From contig NC_086108.1 in the NCBI RefSeq assembly GCF_963921235.1, positions 80,540,001-80,604,000 on the forward strand: a stretch of 64,000 nt of DNA, read 5' to 3'. Every line of letters starts with the position of its first letter. Positions within the stretch are counted from its first letter, which is position 1. The stretch is from Mobula hypostoma (Eukaryota). The notes beneath the pieces were generated by a model. It made no database searches. It worked only from the letters and a program-made list of their open reading frames with translations, and was not told the DNA's origin. Shown piece by piece: positions 24,194 to 37,924 of this stretch. Both the position numbers and the translations under genes were made by a program.

Positions 24194-24776
24194 CAAGTAG
24201 TAATAGTCCCTGTAGGTTCAAATATTATGAGAGTCTGAACAATGACACCACAGTGACTTCAGTGAGAGGAGAACCTTATGCACTGCCTGAAGCATAAAGC
24301 AAGCATACAGTAACATCAAACAAAACACTGGGCAATGGCCAAATCAGCACTAAGAAAATGAATCTTGTCTCTGAAAGAAGTTTCAAGCCATAATATACAG
24401 GTAATTCTGTTCTGGAGAGATGAGGAACTGTTTTGGTGCATTTACTGGAACAGATTATTATGTGCTGCAATTGTCTTTGCAATTACTGGTGAACAGATAT
24501 ACTAGTCAGATAAGTCCTACCAGCTCTGCTGAAATCATCTATTCTTCTGTAAGCTAAAACCTTATGAAGCCCACAGTGAAACAAAAACAAGAACCAAAAT
24601 AGTCTCACTTCACAAACAAATCCAAAAATAAACATCCATATTTTATTAAGAAACACAAATGGCACTTTGGAAAGCGGCTGTCAAATTCTACCACTCCCAG
24701 AAAACTACCGGGTAACAAAACTCCCACTCTCGTACGTCTGAGAGGCAATTCATGTCACACACCACGCTCAACTCAC

Positions 24777-24832
24777 ATCATTTATAGATTGCCTGCAGTT
24801 CCTCTTTCTCTGTGTTTCTAAGCAATGAACAC
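24777..24832 (-). other. Candidate exon (56 nt) of an unidentified minus-strand transcript
   Basis: Branch-point-like tactgat, then gcattcttctag acceptor; donor gtgagt; non-repetitive. Confidence 0.35.
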
Positions 24833-24914
24833 CTAGAAGAATGCATCATCAGTAAATGTCATTTCTTCAAATGATGGGTTTCCTTCAGCGATGGAGTGAG
24901 CAAGTCTTCTACAT

Positions 24915-25265
24915 TCTCTCTCTCCCTCTCCCATCAGGCAGAAGATATAAAAGCCTGCAAGCCTGTACCAGCATGCTGAAAGACAGCTTTTATCTCACGG
25001 TTATCAGATCCTGAACAGACCTCTTGTACAATAAGATGGACTCTTGGACTCATAAGTTACCTCATTATAACCTTGCACTTTTATCATATACCTGCGCTGC
25101 ACTTTTTCTGTAGCTTTGACAGTATCCTGCATTATTATTGTTTTGGCTTATTCTAGCTCAATGCCCTGTGTAATGAATTGATCTGTATAAATAGAATATA
25201 AGGCAAGCTTTTCTCTGCATCTTGGTACATTTGACAAAAATAAACCATCAGCAATACCAGTACCA
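24915..25265 (+). mobile_element. Rex1/Babar-clade LINE 3' end (older family)
   Basis: LPSGRRYKSL..LKDSFY motif, then 3' UTR and accag/atacca tail; same family as 52378-53460. Confidence 0.75.
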
Positions 25266-26128
25266 AAGAAGTGCTTACAGACAAATTTACCCATTGTAGT
25301 TAACCCGATGAAATGGTTTTGTATTGAAAAAGTTGACCATCAACTGCCTTTGCCCTTCGACACCATTCCAGTGAAGCCACAAGCTTGAGGAATATCATCC
25401 AATCTTCCTTCCATGAATGCATCAGCTCTTGGGGCTTAATGCTGTGCTCAACAGTTTCAGAAAACCCATCTGTTTATGTCAGAATAGGCCAGTTCTGCAG
25501 TCAGGTCAGCCAGCTGGAAGAGGTTTTTTTTTGCTCTGCAATTTAATTAGCTAGATACTTCCAGCATTCTCTTTTATTTCATGTTTCCAGCAACTGCTGT
25601 GTTTTGCCCAACAATACTTTTTTTCCCCTCTCTCTACTAGCATCATTCATATCTCTTTATTTACACACCTCCAGACTGATTAGCAGTGCTGAATCAGGAT
25701 CAAAAGAATTTCTGACAAAGGAACGACTCAACTCTTCTCCCTATTACTGGCATTTCTTCTCTCTACTCCACCTCATCCTCATCCCCCTCCTCCCTTTATC
25801 ATAACACTTGTATGTCTCTTCACTGTTCCAATTCTTATGAAAGACAATTGATAGGAATAATCCCCCCCACCCCCCACAGTTGCTGCATAATCAGTTCAGT
25901 TCTTTCAGCATTTTCTGCTTCCATTTCAGAAATGAATATTAATAAAATTAATAAAAAAGATTCTTTGATGAGAGAACAGGCTAATATTTCCAATGAGATT
26001 TTCAAACTAATTTCACAGAAATGAACTTTGAATACTACTTTACTGTTGATGTCTGTTTGGGTAACTGGAAATCAGGAAACCAGCATTAGGGTGCAATAAT
26101 ATCTTGCATCAAAAGTCCAACTTATTAA

Positions 26129-26728
26129 TCATAGTCATAGTCATAGTCGTACTTTATTGATCCCGGGGAAATTGGTTTTCATTACAGTTGCACCATAAAT
26201 AACAAATAGTAATAGAACCATTAATAGTTAAATAGTAATATGCAAATTATGCCAGGAAATAAGTCCAGGACCAGCCTATTGGCTCAGGGTGTCTGACCCT
26301 CCAAGGGAGGAGCTGTAAAGTTTGATGGCCACAGGCAGGAATGACTTCCTATGATGCTCAGTGTTGCATCTCGGTGGAATGAGTCCCTGGCTGAATGTAC
26401 TCCTGTGCCCACCCAGTACATTATGTAGTGGATGGGAGACATTGTCCAAGATGGCATGCGACTTGGACAGCATCCTCTTTTCAGACACCACTGTCAGAGA
26501 GTCCAGTTCCATCCCCACAACATCACTGGCCTTACGAATGAGTTTGTTGATTCTGTTGGTGTCTGCTACCCTCAGGCTGCTGCCCCAGCACACAACAGCA
26601 AACATGATCGCACTGGCCACCACAGACTCGTAGAACATCCTCAGCATCGTCCAGCAGATGTTAAAGGACCTCGGTCTCCTCAGGAAATAGAGACGGCTCT
26701 GACCCTTCTTGTAGACAGCCTCAGTGTT
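26129..26728 (-). mobile_element. Rex1/Babar LINE 3' fragment
   Basis: Nearly identical to 22346-22945 (NTEAVYKKGQSRLYFLRR..LGGSDTLSQ); (tagtca)n tail. Confidence 0.93.
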
Positions 26729-27496
26729 GTCTACACTGTCCTTAATCACTGTCCTTAACCCACTCAAAATATGCACAACATCGACTGACATCTTATTTGA
26801 GTGCTTTTTGTCCATACAATGCTCGATTCTGTCCTTGTGCAGATGAATCTGTAGGTCTTGGTGTCAGATAATAGGGCACTAGGTCATATCTGCTTGAATT
26901 CTTTATACAAAGGAACTTTATCAAACAAGTATTAATTCCCAAATACAATGCAGACTTTGTGCACATTCACATTGTGCAACTTTGAAGAAGCACATTTTCA
27001 CACTTTGCTGGAATCACTGAATTGTTATTTTACTAATTCTTCATTCAAATATCGTACACCATCACATTCCACAAGTTCTGAAAATCAATTATAATGCAGA
27101 AGGGAAACACCCTACAGAAATTCAATAGTGAAGCTACCTCCATTCACTGAAACACTGCCTAATAGGTACCTTCATGATAATCTCAAGGCTTCAGGTGATT
27201 TGTATGCAGACTTACAGCTATGTATGGGTGAGAATAAGCTGTAATTGTCAGATTGTATTCATTTGGTTTATATTAAAACACGGAGAGCATTTGAGGTGAA
27301 CCATAAGATTGTTATCTAACTGAGGGATCAGTAATAAAACTGCCGCTCGAGGATGTGGGACATTGATGTGCAAAAGCACTCATTTTGCAAAACTAATAAT
27401 TCGATTCACTGCCAAATAATTAGAAGAAATTCTTTGGCTTTGAATCTAGTCATCTTCTAAATTATAGTCACGAGAAATTCTGAAGACGCTGGGAAT

Positions 27497-29110
27497 CCAA
27501 TGCCTCTCATCATCTTATACACATTTATCAGGTCACCTCTCATCCTCCGCCGCTCCAAGGAGAAAAAGCTGAGTTCACTCAACCTATTCTCATAAGGCGT
27601 GCTCCCCAATCCTGGCAACATCCTTGTAAATCTCCTCTGCAACCTTTCTATGGTTTCCACATCCTTCCTGTAGTGAGGCGACCAGAAGTGAGCACAGTAC
27701 TCCAAGTGGGATCTGACCAGGGTTCTATATAGCTGCAACATTATGTCTCGGCTCCTAAACTCAATCCCACGGTTGATGAAGGCTAATGCACCCTATGCAC
27801 TCTTAACCACAGAGTCAACCTGCGTAGCAGCTTTGAGTGTCCTATGAACTTAGACCCCAAGATCCCTCCGATCCTCCACACTGCCAAGAGTCTTACCATT
27901 AATACTATATTCTGCCATCATATTTAACCTACCAAAATGAACCACGTCACACTTATCAGGGTTGAACTCCATCTGCCACTTCTCTGCCCAGTTTTGCATC
28001 CTATCAATGTCCCACTGTAAACTCTGACAGCTCTCCACACTATCCACAACACCCCCAACCTTTGTGTCATCAGCAAATTTACTAACCCATGCCTCCACTT
28101 CCTTATCCAGGTCATTTATAAAAATCACGAAGAGAAGGGGTCCCAGAACAGATCCCTGAGGCACACCACTGGTCACTGACCTCCATGCAAAATATGACCC
28201 ATCTACAACCACTCTTTGCCTTCTGTGGGCAAGCCAATTCAGGATCCTCAAAGCAATGTCCCTTTGGATCCCATGCCTCCTTACTTTCTCAATAAGCCTT
28301 GCATGGAGTACCTTATCAAATGCCTTGCTGAAGTCCATATACACTACATCTACTGCTCTACCTTCATCAATGTGTTTAGTCACATCCTCAAAATATTCAA
28401 TCAGGCACATAAGGAACGACCTGCCTTTGACAAAGCCATGCTAACTATTCCTAATCATATCATGCCTCTCCAAATGTTCAAAAATCCTGCCTCTCAGGAT
28501 CTTTTCCATCAACTTACCTACCACTGAAGTAAGACTCACTGGTCTATAATTTCCTGGGCTATCTCTACTCTCTTTCTTGAATAAGGGAACAACATCCACA
28601 ACTCTCCAATCCTCCGGAACCTCTCCTGTCCTCATTGATGATGCAAAGATCATCGCCAGAGGTTCAGCAATCTCTTCCCTTGGCTCCTACATAGCCTGGG
28701 GTACATCTCGTCGGGTCCCGGTGACTCATCCAATTTGATGCTTTCCAAAAGCTCCAGCACATCCTCTTTCTTAATATCTATATGCTCAAGCTTTTCAGTC
28801 CACTGTAAGTCATCCCTACAATTGCCAAGATCCTTTTCCGAAGCAAAGTATTAATTAAGTACCTCTTCCATCTCCACCGGTTCGATACACAATTTTCCAC
28901 TGTCTCACTTGATTGGTCCTATTCTCTCACGTCTTATCCTATTGCTCTTCACATACTTGTCAAATGCCTTGGGGTTTTCCTCAATCCTGTCCGCCAAGGC
29001 CTTCTCATGGCCCCTTCTGGCTCTCCTAATTTCATTCTTAAGCTCCTTCCTGCTAGCCTTAGAATCTTCTAGATCTCTATCATTACCTAGTTTTTTGAGC
29101 CTTCCGTAAG
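27497..29110 (-). mobile_element. CR1 LINE ORF2 (RT) fragment
   Basis: PGNYRPVSLTSVVGK, VDVVYMDFSKAFDKV, SGVPQGSVLGPLLF, VSKFADDTK, RSHLEYC; interrupted by stops and indels. Confidence 0.95.
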
Positions 29111-30069
29111 CTTTTGAACCTTTCGTAAGTGATAGATCTGCTTAGCTTACTTTCCACTTCTGTGGGTTTACAACTAAATAGATATTCATGTGCCTTTATA
29201 AACAGAAGGCTGATAGAGCTGACAAAAAAAAATGTTCATTGTCTTTTATAATGGAATTCCCAATTGAATTATTTTGTGCAGCCAGTTCCAGATGAAAAAG
29301 AGAAGAAGGGTAAATTTTTTGCCAGCTTTTTTAGCATTAAGGGGATTGTTACTTGAATTGGATTTCACAAAGAAGCCCAGTTTGCCCTTGGCATTGGGAG
29401 TCACTACCTGCATTGAGTGAAGGACACTGAAACAGATTGTGGAACCTACATGAACTATACGGGGTAACACTCTAACTAATTGGTTTGTCTGCAATCTAAC
29501 CAGAAAGCCTGCACTGTCAATAGTTAGTAAAAGAAACTGGGGGCATTGGGGTTTACATATTACAATCTTCCTACAGGCTCTTGTCAGAATATTGCCACAA
29601 TACCAGAACAATGGGTGGCTGCTTAGATGATAATATTCCCCATACACTTGGTTCATCTGTGTACAAGAACAAATTTCTTCTGGAATGGGATCAGTATGTG
29701 ACTTGCTTATCTGAGCAATAGGTACCTCTTGAGCACTTCTCCTCCATCCTCTCACCTGCACTTTCTGTCTCTGCTCGTTTCTATCTTTCTTGACCCCCCC
29801 CCACCCCTCTTTTGCATGCTCTAGTACTCTCTCTACACATCCCATCCTGCTCTTAGTGTGTTGCAACATGCCTGTCTTTGTTGACTAACTTGGAGTAAAT
29901 GGAGGTAATGTGAAGCTTGTTGTACACACTGTTTTAGTGCCCTGTCACTTGAAAATAATTTTTTAAGAGTCCAATACCAATGTCTTATAGCTTAAAAAAG
30001 ATACTTTCTTAATCACTTATAGATGTAATGAAACTCAGAATCAGAATCACATTCATTATCACTGACGTG

Positions 30070-31080
30070 TAGAATTATTGAACAGTACAGGCCCTTCAAT
30101 CCATAATGTTGTGCCAACCTCCTAACCATTTCCTCCCACATAGATTTCCATTTTTATTTCATTAGTGTCTCATCGATGACACTAATATATCTGCCTCTCC
30201 CGCCACCTCTGGCAGCGCTTTCCACACACCCACCACTCTCTGTGTAGAAATCTACTCTGACATCCCCTCTATACTTTCCCTCCAATCACATTAAAATTAT
30301 GCACCCTTAAACTAGCCATTTCTACTCTGGCAATAAAGTTGCTGACTGTCCACTTTATGCCTCTTATCATCATATGTACCTCTATCAAGTCACCTCTCAT
30401 CCTCCTTCACTCCAAAGAGAAAAGCCCAAACACGAGAAAAGCCCTAGCTCACTCAACCTGTCAGCAAAGACAGGCTCTTTAATCTAGGCAGCATGTGGGC
30501 AAATCTCCATAAGACCATAACCATAAGACAAAGTCAGCCATTCAGCCCATCGAGTCTGCTCCGCCATTTTATCATGAGCTGATCCATTCTCCCATTTAGT
30601 CCCACTCCCCCGCCTTCTCACCATAACCTTTGATGCCCTGGCTACTCAGATACTTATCAATCTCTGCCTTAAATACACCCAACAACTTGACCTCCACTGC
30701 AGCCCGTGGCAACAAATTCCATAGATTCACCAATCTCTGGCTAAAAAAATTCCTTCGCATCTCTGTTCTGAATGGGCGCCCTTCAATCCTTAAGTCATGC
30801 CTTCTCGTACTAGACTCCCAAAATCTCCTTTGGACCTCTCTAAAGCTTCATTTTCTTCCTGTATGAGGTGACCAGAAGAGATACAATGCTCTAAGTGTGG
30901 TCTAACCAGAGTTTTATAGAACTGCAGCATTACCTCACAGCTCTTGAACTTAGTCCTCTGAATAATGAAGGCCAACAAACCATACACCTTCTTAACCATC
31001 CTATCAGCCTGTGCAGCAACCTAGAAGGATCTATAGCCCTGGACCCCAAGAGCCCTCTGTTTCTCCACCTTGCCATTAAA
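30070..31080 (-). mobile_element. CR1 3' fragment containing a nested younger CR1 end
   Basis: CR1 tail and ORF2 end (YKTLVRPHLEHC); nested piece described separately. Confidence 0.8.
30509..30820 (-). mobile_element. Short CR1 3' end nested in CR1
   Basis: 8-bp direct repeat aaatctcc at 30501-30508 and 30821-30828; cataagaccataa tail. Confidence 0.85.
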
Positions 31081-31094
31081 GCACTCCCTCATAG

Positions 31095-31460
31095 ACACAT
31101 ACAAAATTATGAAAGGGATACATAAGGCAGAGGCAGGAAAGTTGTTCCCACTGGTAAGTGCAGCAAAAATGAGGCATGGCCACAAGATTTGGAGAAGTAG
31201 ATTTAGGACAGAAATGAAGTGAAACTGCTTTTCCCAGAGATAAGTGAATCTGTGCATTTTCTGACCAGGGCAGCAGTAGAGGCTATCACATTAAATGTAT
31301 TTTACACACAATTAGATAGATTTTTGCATAGGAATGGAAGTAAGGATTATGGAGAAAAAGTTGATCAATGGAGCTGAGTCTACAGCCAAATCAGCTATGA
31401 AGTTATTGAATGGCAGTGCAGGCAGATGGCCGACTCCTGCATCTATTTCTTATGTTTGTT
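31095..31460 (+). mobile_element. CR1 LINE 3' end
   Basis: catacaaaattatgaaagggata..gtgaatctgtg..ctcctgcatctatttcttatg. Confidence 0.8.
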
Positions 31461-32819
31461 CTAACTACTTTCTATTTAGGATTAAATAACAGAATGGTAA
31501 AACAATGTCCATATCAGAGAAGTTAATTTATATTCACTCAAAGGAGATTTTATTAACATTTTAAAGTAGAATCACATTTGATTCAAGATTGAAAGAAGAC
31601 AAAGATTTATTTTTACAGCCCACATGACATGCAAATAAATTGCTGGAAATTTAAAGACCCAACTTTAAACAGTCGGAACCTTTCTTGGTTTCCTCTTGAC
31701 ACATTTAGAGCATAGAAATAGAAATCAAAATAGGTCAACGTTTCTTTGTAACTCTTGGTCAAAATAGTTTTCAGCAATGAGTGAGGGAAATTGTGCTCCC
31801 AATGCTATAGAATAGAAAATAAGATAACAGTCCTGATTAATGACATTTTCATTCTAGAATGTTGGTACACCAAGATATTTTATTCCTATAATTTGATCTT
31901 TTAAGTTGAAAGGAAGCACTTTAGTTTTGCCAATGACTTGTGGCATTAACAAGGTGATCAAAGCTCTAAGGCACTCACAGTTCTAGATAACAAGATAATG
32001 AACATTTCCAATAGTTTCTGTGTTTTTAATCCCATGAGGAATATTCATAGAGAGAAGAATCAACAGCTGGTTTTAGAATCATCATTCAAACATATTTCAT
32101 GAATCCAATAATGCATTTTAAATATTATTGGTACAGTGGAAGAACTGACTCAAAAACTTCTGGATATTATTTCATCTTTGCTCATAATAACTAAGCGGCT
32201 GCTAGTTGTGCTCTGATCACAATACAGTTTGACTGGTCCAAAGATGATCTCAGAAATTAATGATGAATGACCTGAGACAGAAATTCTTGTGAAATCATAA
32301 CTCTCTTATGAAGGATACATAACTATCAGGTTAAAAGCTATATTTTTTGCATGTCACCTAAAGAATAGATTGTGTGATATATTTCTTTTATTTACTAATC
32401 ACATAAAGTAGAACTAGTAACAGTATGGACAAATTTAACTTTTGGAGTGAAACCAAGGTATTTTCCTTGGAAGTATGGATTGTAACATTGGAACATAAAA
32501 CAGACAATTTCACTTATGCAGGTTCGGTGTGCACTAATGATTGGAAACAGAATACTGTACTCAGTAATTGATGATATCTGTTGCAGGAAGGAAAATTAGG
32601 CAACGAAAACCTGAGATAATGAATTAACTCTTGATCTGAACCTGTGGGCCAAAGCCTGATTAGAACTACACTTCATTTTAGAAAACAACTTGCTGATGGT
32701 CACTGTGACTCAAATAGGAATACAGGTATCGGTCTTGAGCAACTAAGCACCTGCACAAGAACTGGGCTCATTTCTAACTTCCTTTGGTCTCTGGGGCATG
32801 AGGATGGTGAGGGAAGTGG

Positions 32820-33275
32820 GTTAGAGTCCTAGAGTACACAGCATGGAAACAGGCCGTATGGTGCCAACCAAGCCAGTCTTATTTGCCCACACTTGGGCAA
32901 TGTACGTCTAATTCTTTCCTATTCATGTACTTATCCAAATGTATTTGCTACACTTCACACTGATCTGAATTAAAAGCCATTTACCAATCCTTGGCCCATT
33001 TACTTAACTGATCAATATCCCCTGTAATTTTTGATAACCTTCTTCATTGGCTATGATACTATCTATTTTACTATCATCCACAAACTTGCTATCCATGCCT
33101 TATATATTAACATCCAAATTATTTATATAAATATAAACAACAAAGGTCCCAGCACCGGCCTGTGTGGCACACTAGCACGAGCCTCCCATCCAAGAAATAG
33201 TCTTCAACTATGACTATCCGCTGGCTTCCAATGAGCCAATTATGAATCCAATTATCGATCTTGCCCTGGATCTCA
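32820..33275 (-). mobile_element. Old internally deleted CR1 remnant
   Basis: aacaacaaaggtcccagcacc..tgtggcacac (rc of a GVPQGSVLGPLL-like region) and CR1 tail. Confidence 0.6.
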
Positions 33276-35784
33276 AATGGGTTAAAAAGGTTGGGGAGAT
33301 GATCAACAAGATTTTAAGTGAAGTTGGAAATTGTCTTGTGGGTTAGTGTGATGCTTGAAAACTAAAATGATTGTTTAAGTATTTAATTCTGGTGAAAAGC
33401 TCTGAGCAGAGCTCTTACAAAATTATTTCACTGGTCTGTGAGAAATTTGCATGTGGCCTAGAATACGCATTGATCTCCTAAGTTAGACATCTAAGAATCG
33501 ACATCTATTTTAAACATCTAAGAAGCCTTAAAATAGATCAAAGGACATCAAAAAATGAGTGCAATGTCTGTGCAAGTGCTTAGTAACAAATTGGTCTGGT
33601 TTAAGTCTAGTTTATGCCCAAATATTGTTAATTTGTACTTCAATGTTAGAAAGAAATTTCTAGAAAAAAATCTCCTAAAATAAAGCTGAACACAATAATA
33701 AATCATCCTGTAGTAAATTTCAGACTTCCAGTGCAAAAATTGCATCCCCACCAACAATACTTGCATCAACCACTATGGGATTAGGTAAATTTCTAAACAT
33801 GGTCAAATGGAGTTCTTCACAGCTACATGCAGAGTAGGTTTCCTAGTATCATATTTTTGCTACTTTTGCTTTCTAAAGCTAACAAATCAACCCCATGATG
33901 GCTCATTCGCATCGGAACTGTTAAGGCGGTGAGAATGTTCCTTTTAAATGGGATTGACTACTTTACGATTCTCAGTGCAGCAGTTGGTGCGATTGTCTGA
34001 CAGCTGATGAAGGTCAGAAGTCAAAGAGTTCCCAGCTGAGAGGCCTGCCAGCTGTTTGAACTCCCCAAAGAAACTTCATTTGGGAATATTTTTAAACTTG
34101 ACAGACCAATGAAGCCAGTTGACAATCAAATGCTTGCAATGTACTTATTGCAGTGTGATAGATTTGTTTTTGAAGTAAACAATTCATTAAAATGCAATGG
34201 AAATTTCTGCATTGAATTGTTCACTGAAAAGCCTCTAACAATTTAAAGGAAATGTTTTCTCCTGCATATTGCAGAGAAAACACCATTCATTGAAATTAAC
34301 ATGTGCAGTGCAGCCAGCGATCATTAAAGTGGAGGACGGCAGATTGATTCTCCACTCCAGGGCATCCCTGATCTTCGATGCTCAATAGTCACATTGTTTG
34401 TATAACAGGAGCATGAGGTATAGGAAAACATTTAAATGGGAACTGTATACCCATAGCTACAGAAAAGATTTGGCAGAGATCTAGAAACTTTCTCCAAAAG
34501 AGAACACATCACTGGCATATGACAATAGCTTTAGGTTCATATACCTTGAACCCAGCTACTCAGATGGAGAAAGCAGTACAAAACTAATTGAGTACTGGGT
34601 TTTATAAATATAAGAGTTACGGAGAAACAATATATTCAGACAAAATCCTGGTAATACCACTATTGGAGATTTCAGATTTAAACAATCGAAATGAAGAAGG
34701 TATAGTACATTCAGCGAAGTGCTACTATGAGCAAAGAAGAGTAAAAGAGACTTTGAGAACTGGGCAAAGATCTATTGGAACAGGAAATTTGATAAGGTTG
34801 TTTGATGGGAAGACTGGTTGGGAAAAGACACAAGGAAGACACTTGCTTGGAAATAGATGGTTACAATATGATATTTGCTCATCTATGGCTATAAGGGTGC
34901 ACAGACTTCCCCAATTTTGGCAGAGAACCCACAGAGATTGCAACTTCTCTCAGGGCCACACAGCTGAAATTTTGGATTGTGGATGGTCGTCCTACACATG
35001 TGTTGGATCAATGAATACTAAGCTCAGAGTGATTGTCAAATGAAACATTCACAAACAATACAAAGACTCCTTCATGTATGGAATGCTACTGTTGACAGCA
35101 CAGTTATGTCTACTAACAACTGCACTTCCAAATGGAAGCAGGAGAGTAACCTCGTGCATTGTGTCACTTATCCCAGAAGAGGAAGCACAGGGATTTAGTT
35201 TTGTCAGTTTTCACCAGCTGGTGTCTGAATTAAAGCACAGTTCTCTCGTTACAAGAGCTTGCCAGCTAGTGGCAAGGAGAATTAACAGTTTAAATGAACA
35301 GATTTTCTTCCTGTTGTTTGAAACATTTTTTGTCTAACAGAGCATCACCATCACCTCACTATCACCCTTGCATCTATACCCTCTTTTCCTCCACCGAATA
35401 GTGTATCAATCTATGTGGATGTGCAGGTTTTATTTTGTGATCAGAATCAGGACATTGGACAATTTGGACTTCTCTAGCACTTCACTAAGAGACTTTTCAA
35501 CTGTTACCTTTTGTGTAACTATTTCATCAAGTGTGACGGAAAGAGGATAAGATATTTTTAAAAATGGTGTTGAAATCCAATTTACATGTTTGCAAATTGC
35601 CCTGCAGTTAAATTGGAAACAACTGCTACAGGTTTTTAGCATTTACTCTGTTCAAAAAAATTTAGTATTTATAGAAAATATTTGACTTGGCTTTGTAAGT
35701 TTGGATAACCTATATCCTTTTAACTTTTTTAAAAGGATATAATATATGCATTTTACATAAATACATAATACATCTTTTAACTCA

Positions 35785-35918
35785 GTCCTGAAGATGGGTC
35801 CGGACCCAAAACTTCAAACATCCATTCATTTCCAGAGATGCTGCCTGACCTGCTGAGTTCTTCCAGCATTTTGTGTGTGTTGCTTTGGATTTCCAGCATC
35901 TGCAGATTTTCTCCTGTT
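35785..35918 (+). repeat. Penelope terminal-repeat copy with degenerate hammerhead
   Basis: agtcctgaagatgggtccggacccaaaac..gatgctgcctgacctgctgagttcttccagcattttgtgtg. Confidence 0.8.
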
Positions 35919-36289
35919 TATCCTTTTAGCTTTGATTTGTATGAGCAAGAGAAGAAACTCGTCCTACAATTATTACTTCAGCAAAACATTATCTTGTTTA
36001 AACAGCATTATCCACAGTCCAATAGCCATGTCCAGGCTCTTTACACTGTCTTTAGCTAAAAGGAGTTGGTGAATCTAGCCTGGAATTACAATTTCAGAGT
36101 GCAATGATTTTATGCAGTATCTGCTGGAACATTATTGCAAATGCATTTTTACTCATTTTCTACTTCAAACATGGTGCCTGTGAATGGTGTAGATTTTAGC
36201 TGCATAACTATATAAGTGAGGGGCTCATCCTATTTTTAGCTAGAGTGACCATTTCTACCTGGGTCATTGCTGAGGACCACTGCAGGGTT

Positions 36290-36790
36290 CAATATTCAAA
36301 GTAGACTTATTATCAAAGTAAGCATATAATCACAATATACTACTCTGAGATTCATTTTCTTCCAGGCATTCACAGTAGAACAAAGAAATACACAACAGCT
36401 GACAAACAATCCACGTACAAAAGAAGGCAAAGCATGCAACTTAAAAATAGATAGATAAATAGATAATACTCAGAACATGTGTTTTAGAGTTCTTGGAAGT
36501 TAGTCTATAGGTGGTGGAATCAGTTCAGAGTGGAGTTGAGTAAAGTTATCCTGCTGGTTCAGGAGCCTGATAGTTGAAGGGTAAAAACTGTCCCTGAAGC
36601 TGGTATTGTGGGTCCTGAGGCTTCTGCACCTTCTTGATGGCAACAGTGAGAAGAGAGCGTGGCCTGGATGGTGGGGGCCCTTGATGACGGCTGCTGCTTT
36701 TCTTGCGGCAGTGCTCTTTGTAGATGTGCTCAATGGTGGAGAGGGCTTTTCCTGCGATGGACTGGGCTACAACCACCACTTTTACCAGGC
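36290..36790 (-). mobile_element. Rex1/Babar-clade LINE 3' end
   Basis: KAAAVIKGPHHPGHALFSLLPSRRCRSLRT..FRDSFYPSTIRLLN. Confidence 0.88.
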
Positions 36791-37924
36791 TTTTCCTACA
36801 AAGGAGGGTTGGAATGACTTAATATAGCAATTAGTAATTGATTTATTATTGTTACTTGTACTGAAATGCAATGAAAAGCTTTATTGTTGCACTTCATGGT
36901 AAGTTTGTTCTCTGGGGAAGCCCAGCCACCAGAAACTCTATCTTAGGTGCACACTCTTGGTAGAATTCTGTCTCTCAACTATCACAGGCAGATGGTGTCT
37001 ACCCAATCACTCTACTAGTGGGAGAATGTAGAAGCCAACTACTATTTCTTATGCAGTTTTACAGTGATCACAATTTGTTCCAATGCCCAAGATTCATAGA
37101 TCAAATATACAGTAAGCAAGGTGTTGCACATCATGCACATCTTTGCTGCCCCATGACTTTGATCAAAACTGATATTGATCCTCTGTGAAATGTATGACTT
37201 TCTTCTTTCAAGAATTTCTAAAACAGAGTTTTACTCTGAATCTTTTGCATAAACCATATTTACAAAACACATGGTTTAATTCTTGCTGAACTTAATGTTG
37301 ACAAAATCAAACATTTTGCGCACAACCATCAGGATCCTTTTCTTATCAAACTCAATTCTATGATCTAAGGTTATCATCCTTCTCCAGGATTATCTTGGCA
37401 ACATTTGCTTCCCATCTGTGCTCTTCCTGAACTTGGACAGCCCTTGTGATTAAAATAGATCTGTAAGCATACAGTTTAAAAGGTTCAAATCTACTCATGA
37501 TTTAACATTAGCTGCCCTGTCTTTCTTTTATACAAAAAGCAGAAGAGCATTTGTATAACAAAATGGAAAATATTGGAAATACTCAATAGCTCACAGATCT
37601 TCCCTGGGAGAGCAAAATATGATTAATATCTTAGATCAATGACCTCCAATTAGAACCCTTATATTAAGATTTCTAGCATCCATGTTATTTTACTTTTGGA
37701 TAAAAACATATCATCTTCTTAAACCAATCATAACTTTGACTGTTCATAATTAGAGGCACCACCAGTGGTGCAAAGCAGAGCTACTGCCTAGCTGAATATC
37801 TCTGATAAAGAAAGAACATTACACAAAGATCGTTATATATTAACAGCATCAGGTCTATCCAGTCAAGTATAAAACTGCTGGAGGTGGTTGTTTCATAACT
37901 AATTCACTCTCAATAATTACTGAG

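Noticed and set aside
29246..29869. 207-aa minus-strand ORF
   Set aside because: No recognisable motif or convincing splice or start context; probably chance.
34588..35043. 151-aa plus-strand ORF
   Set aside because: Looks like a heavily decayed CR1 3' region read partly off-frame.
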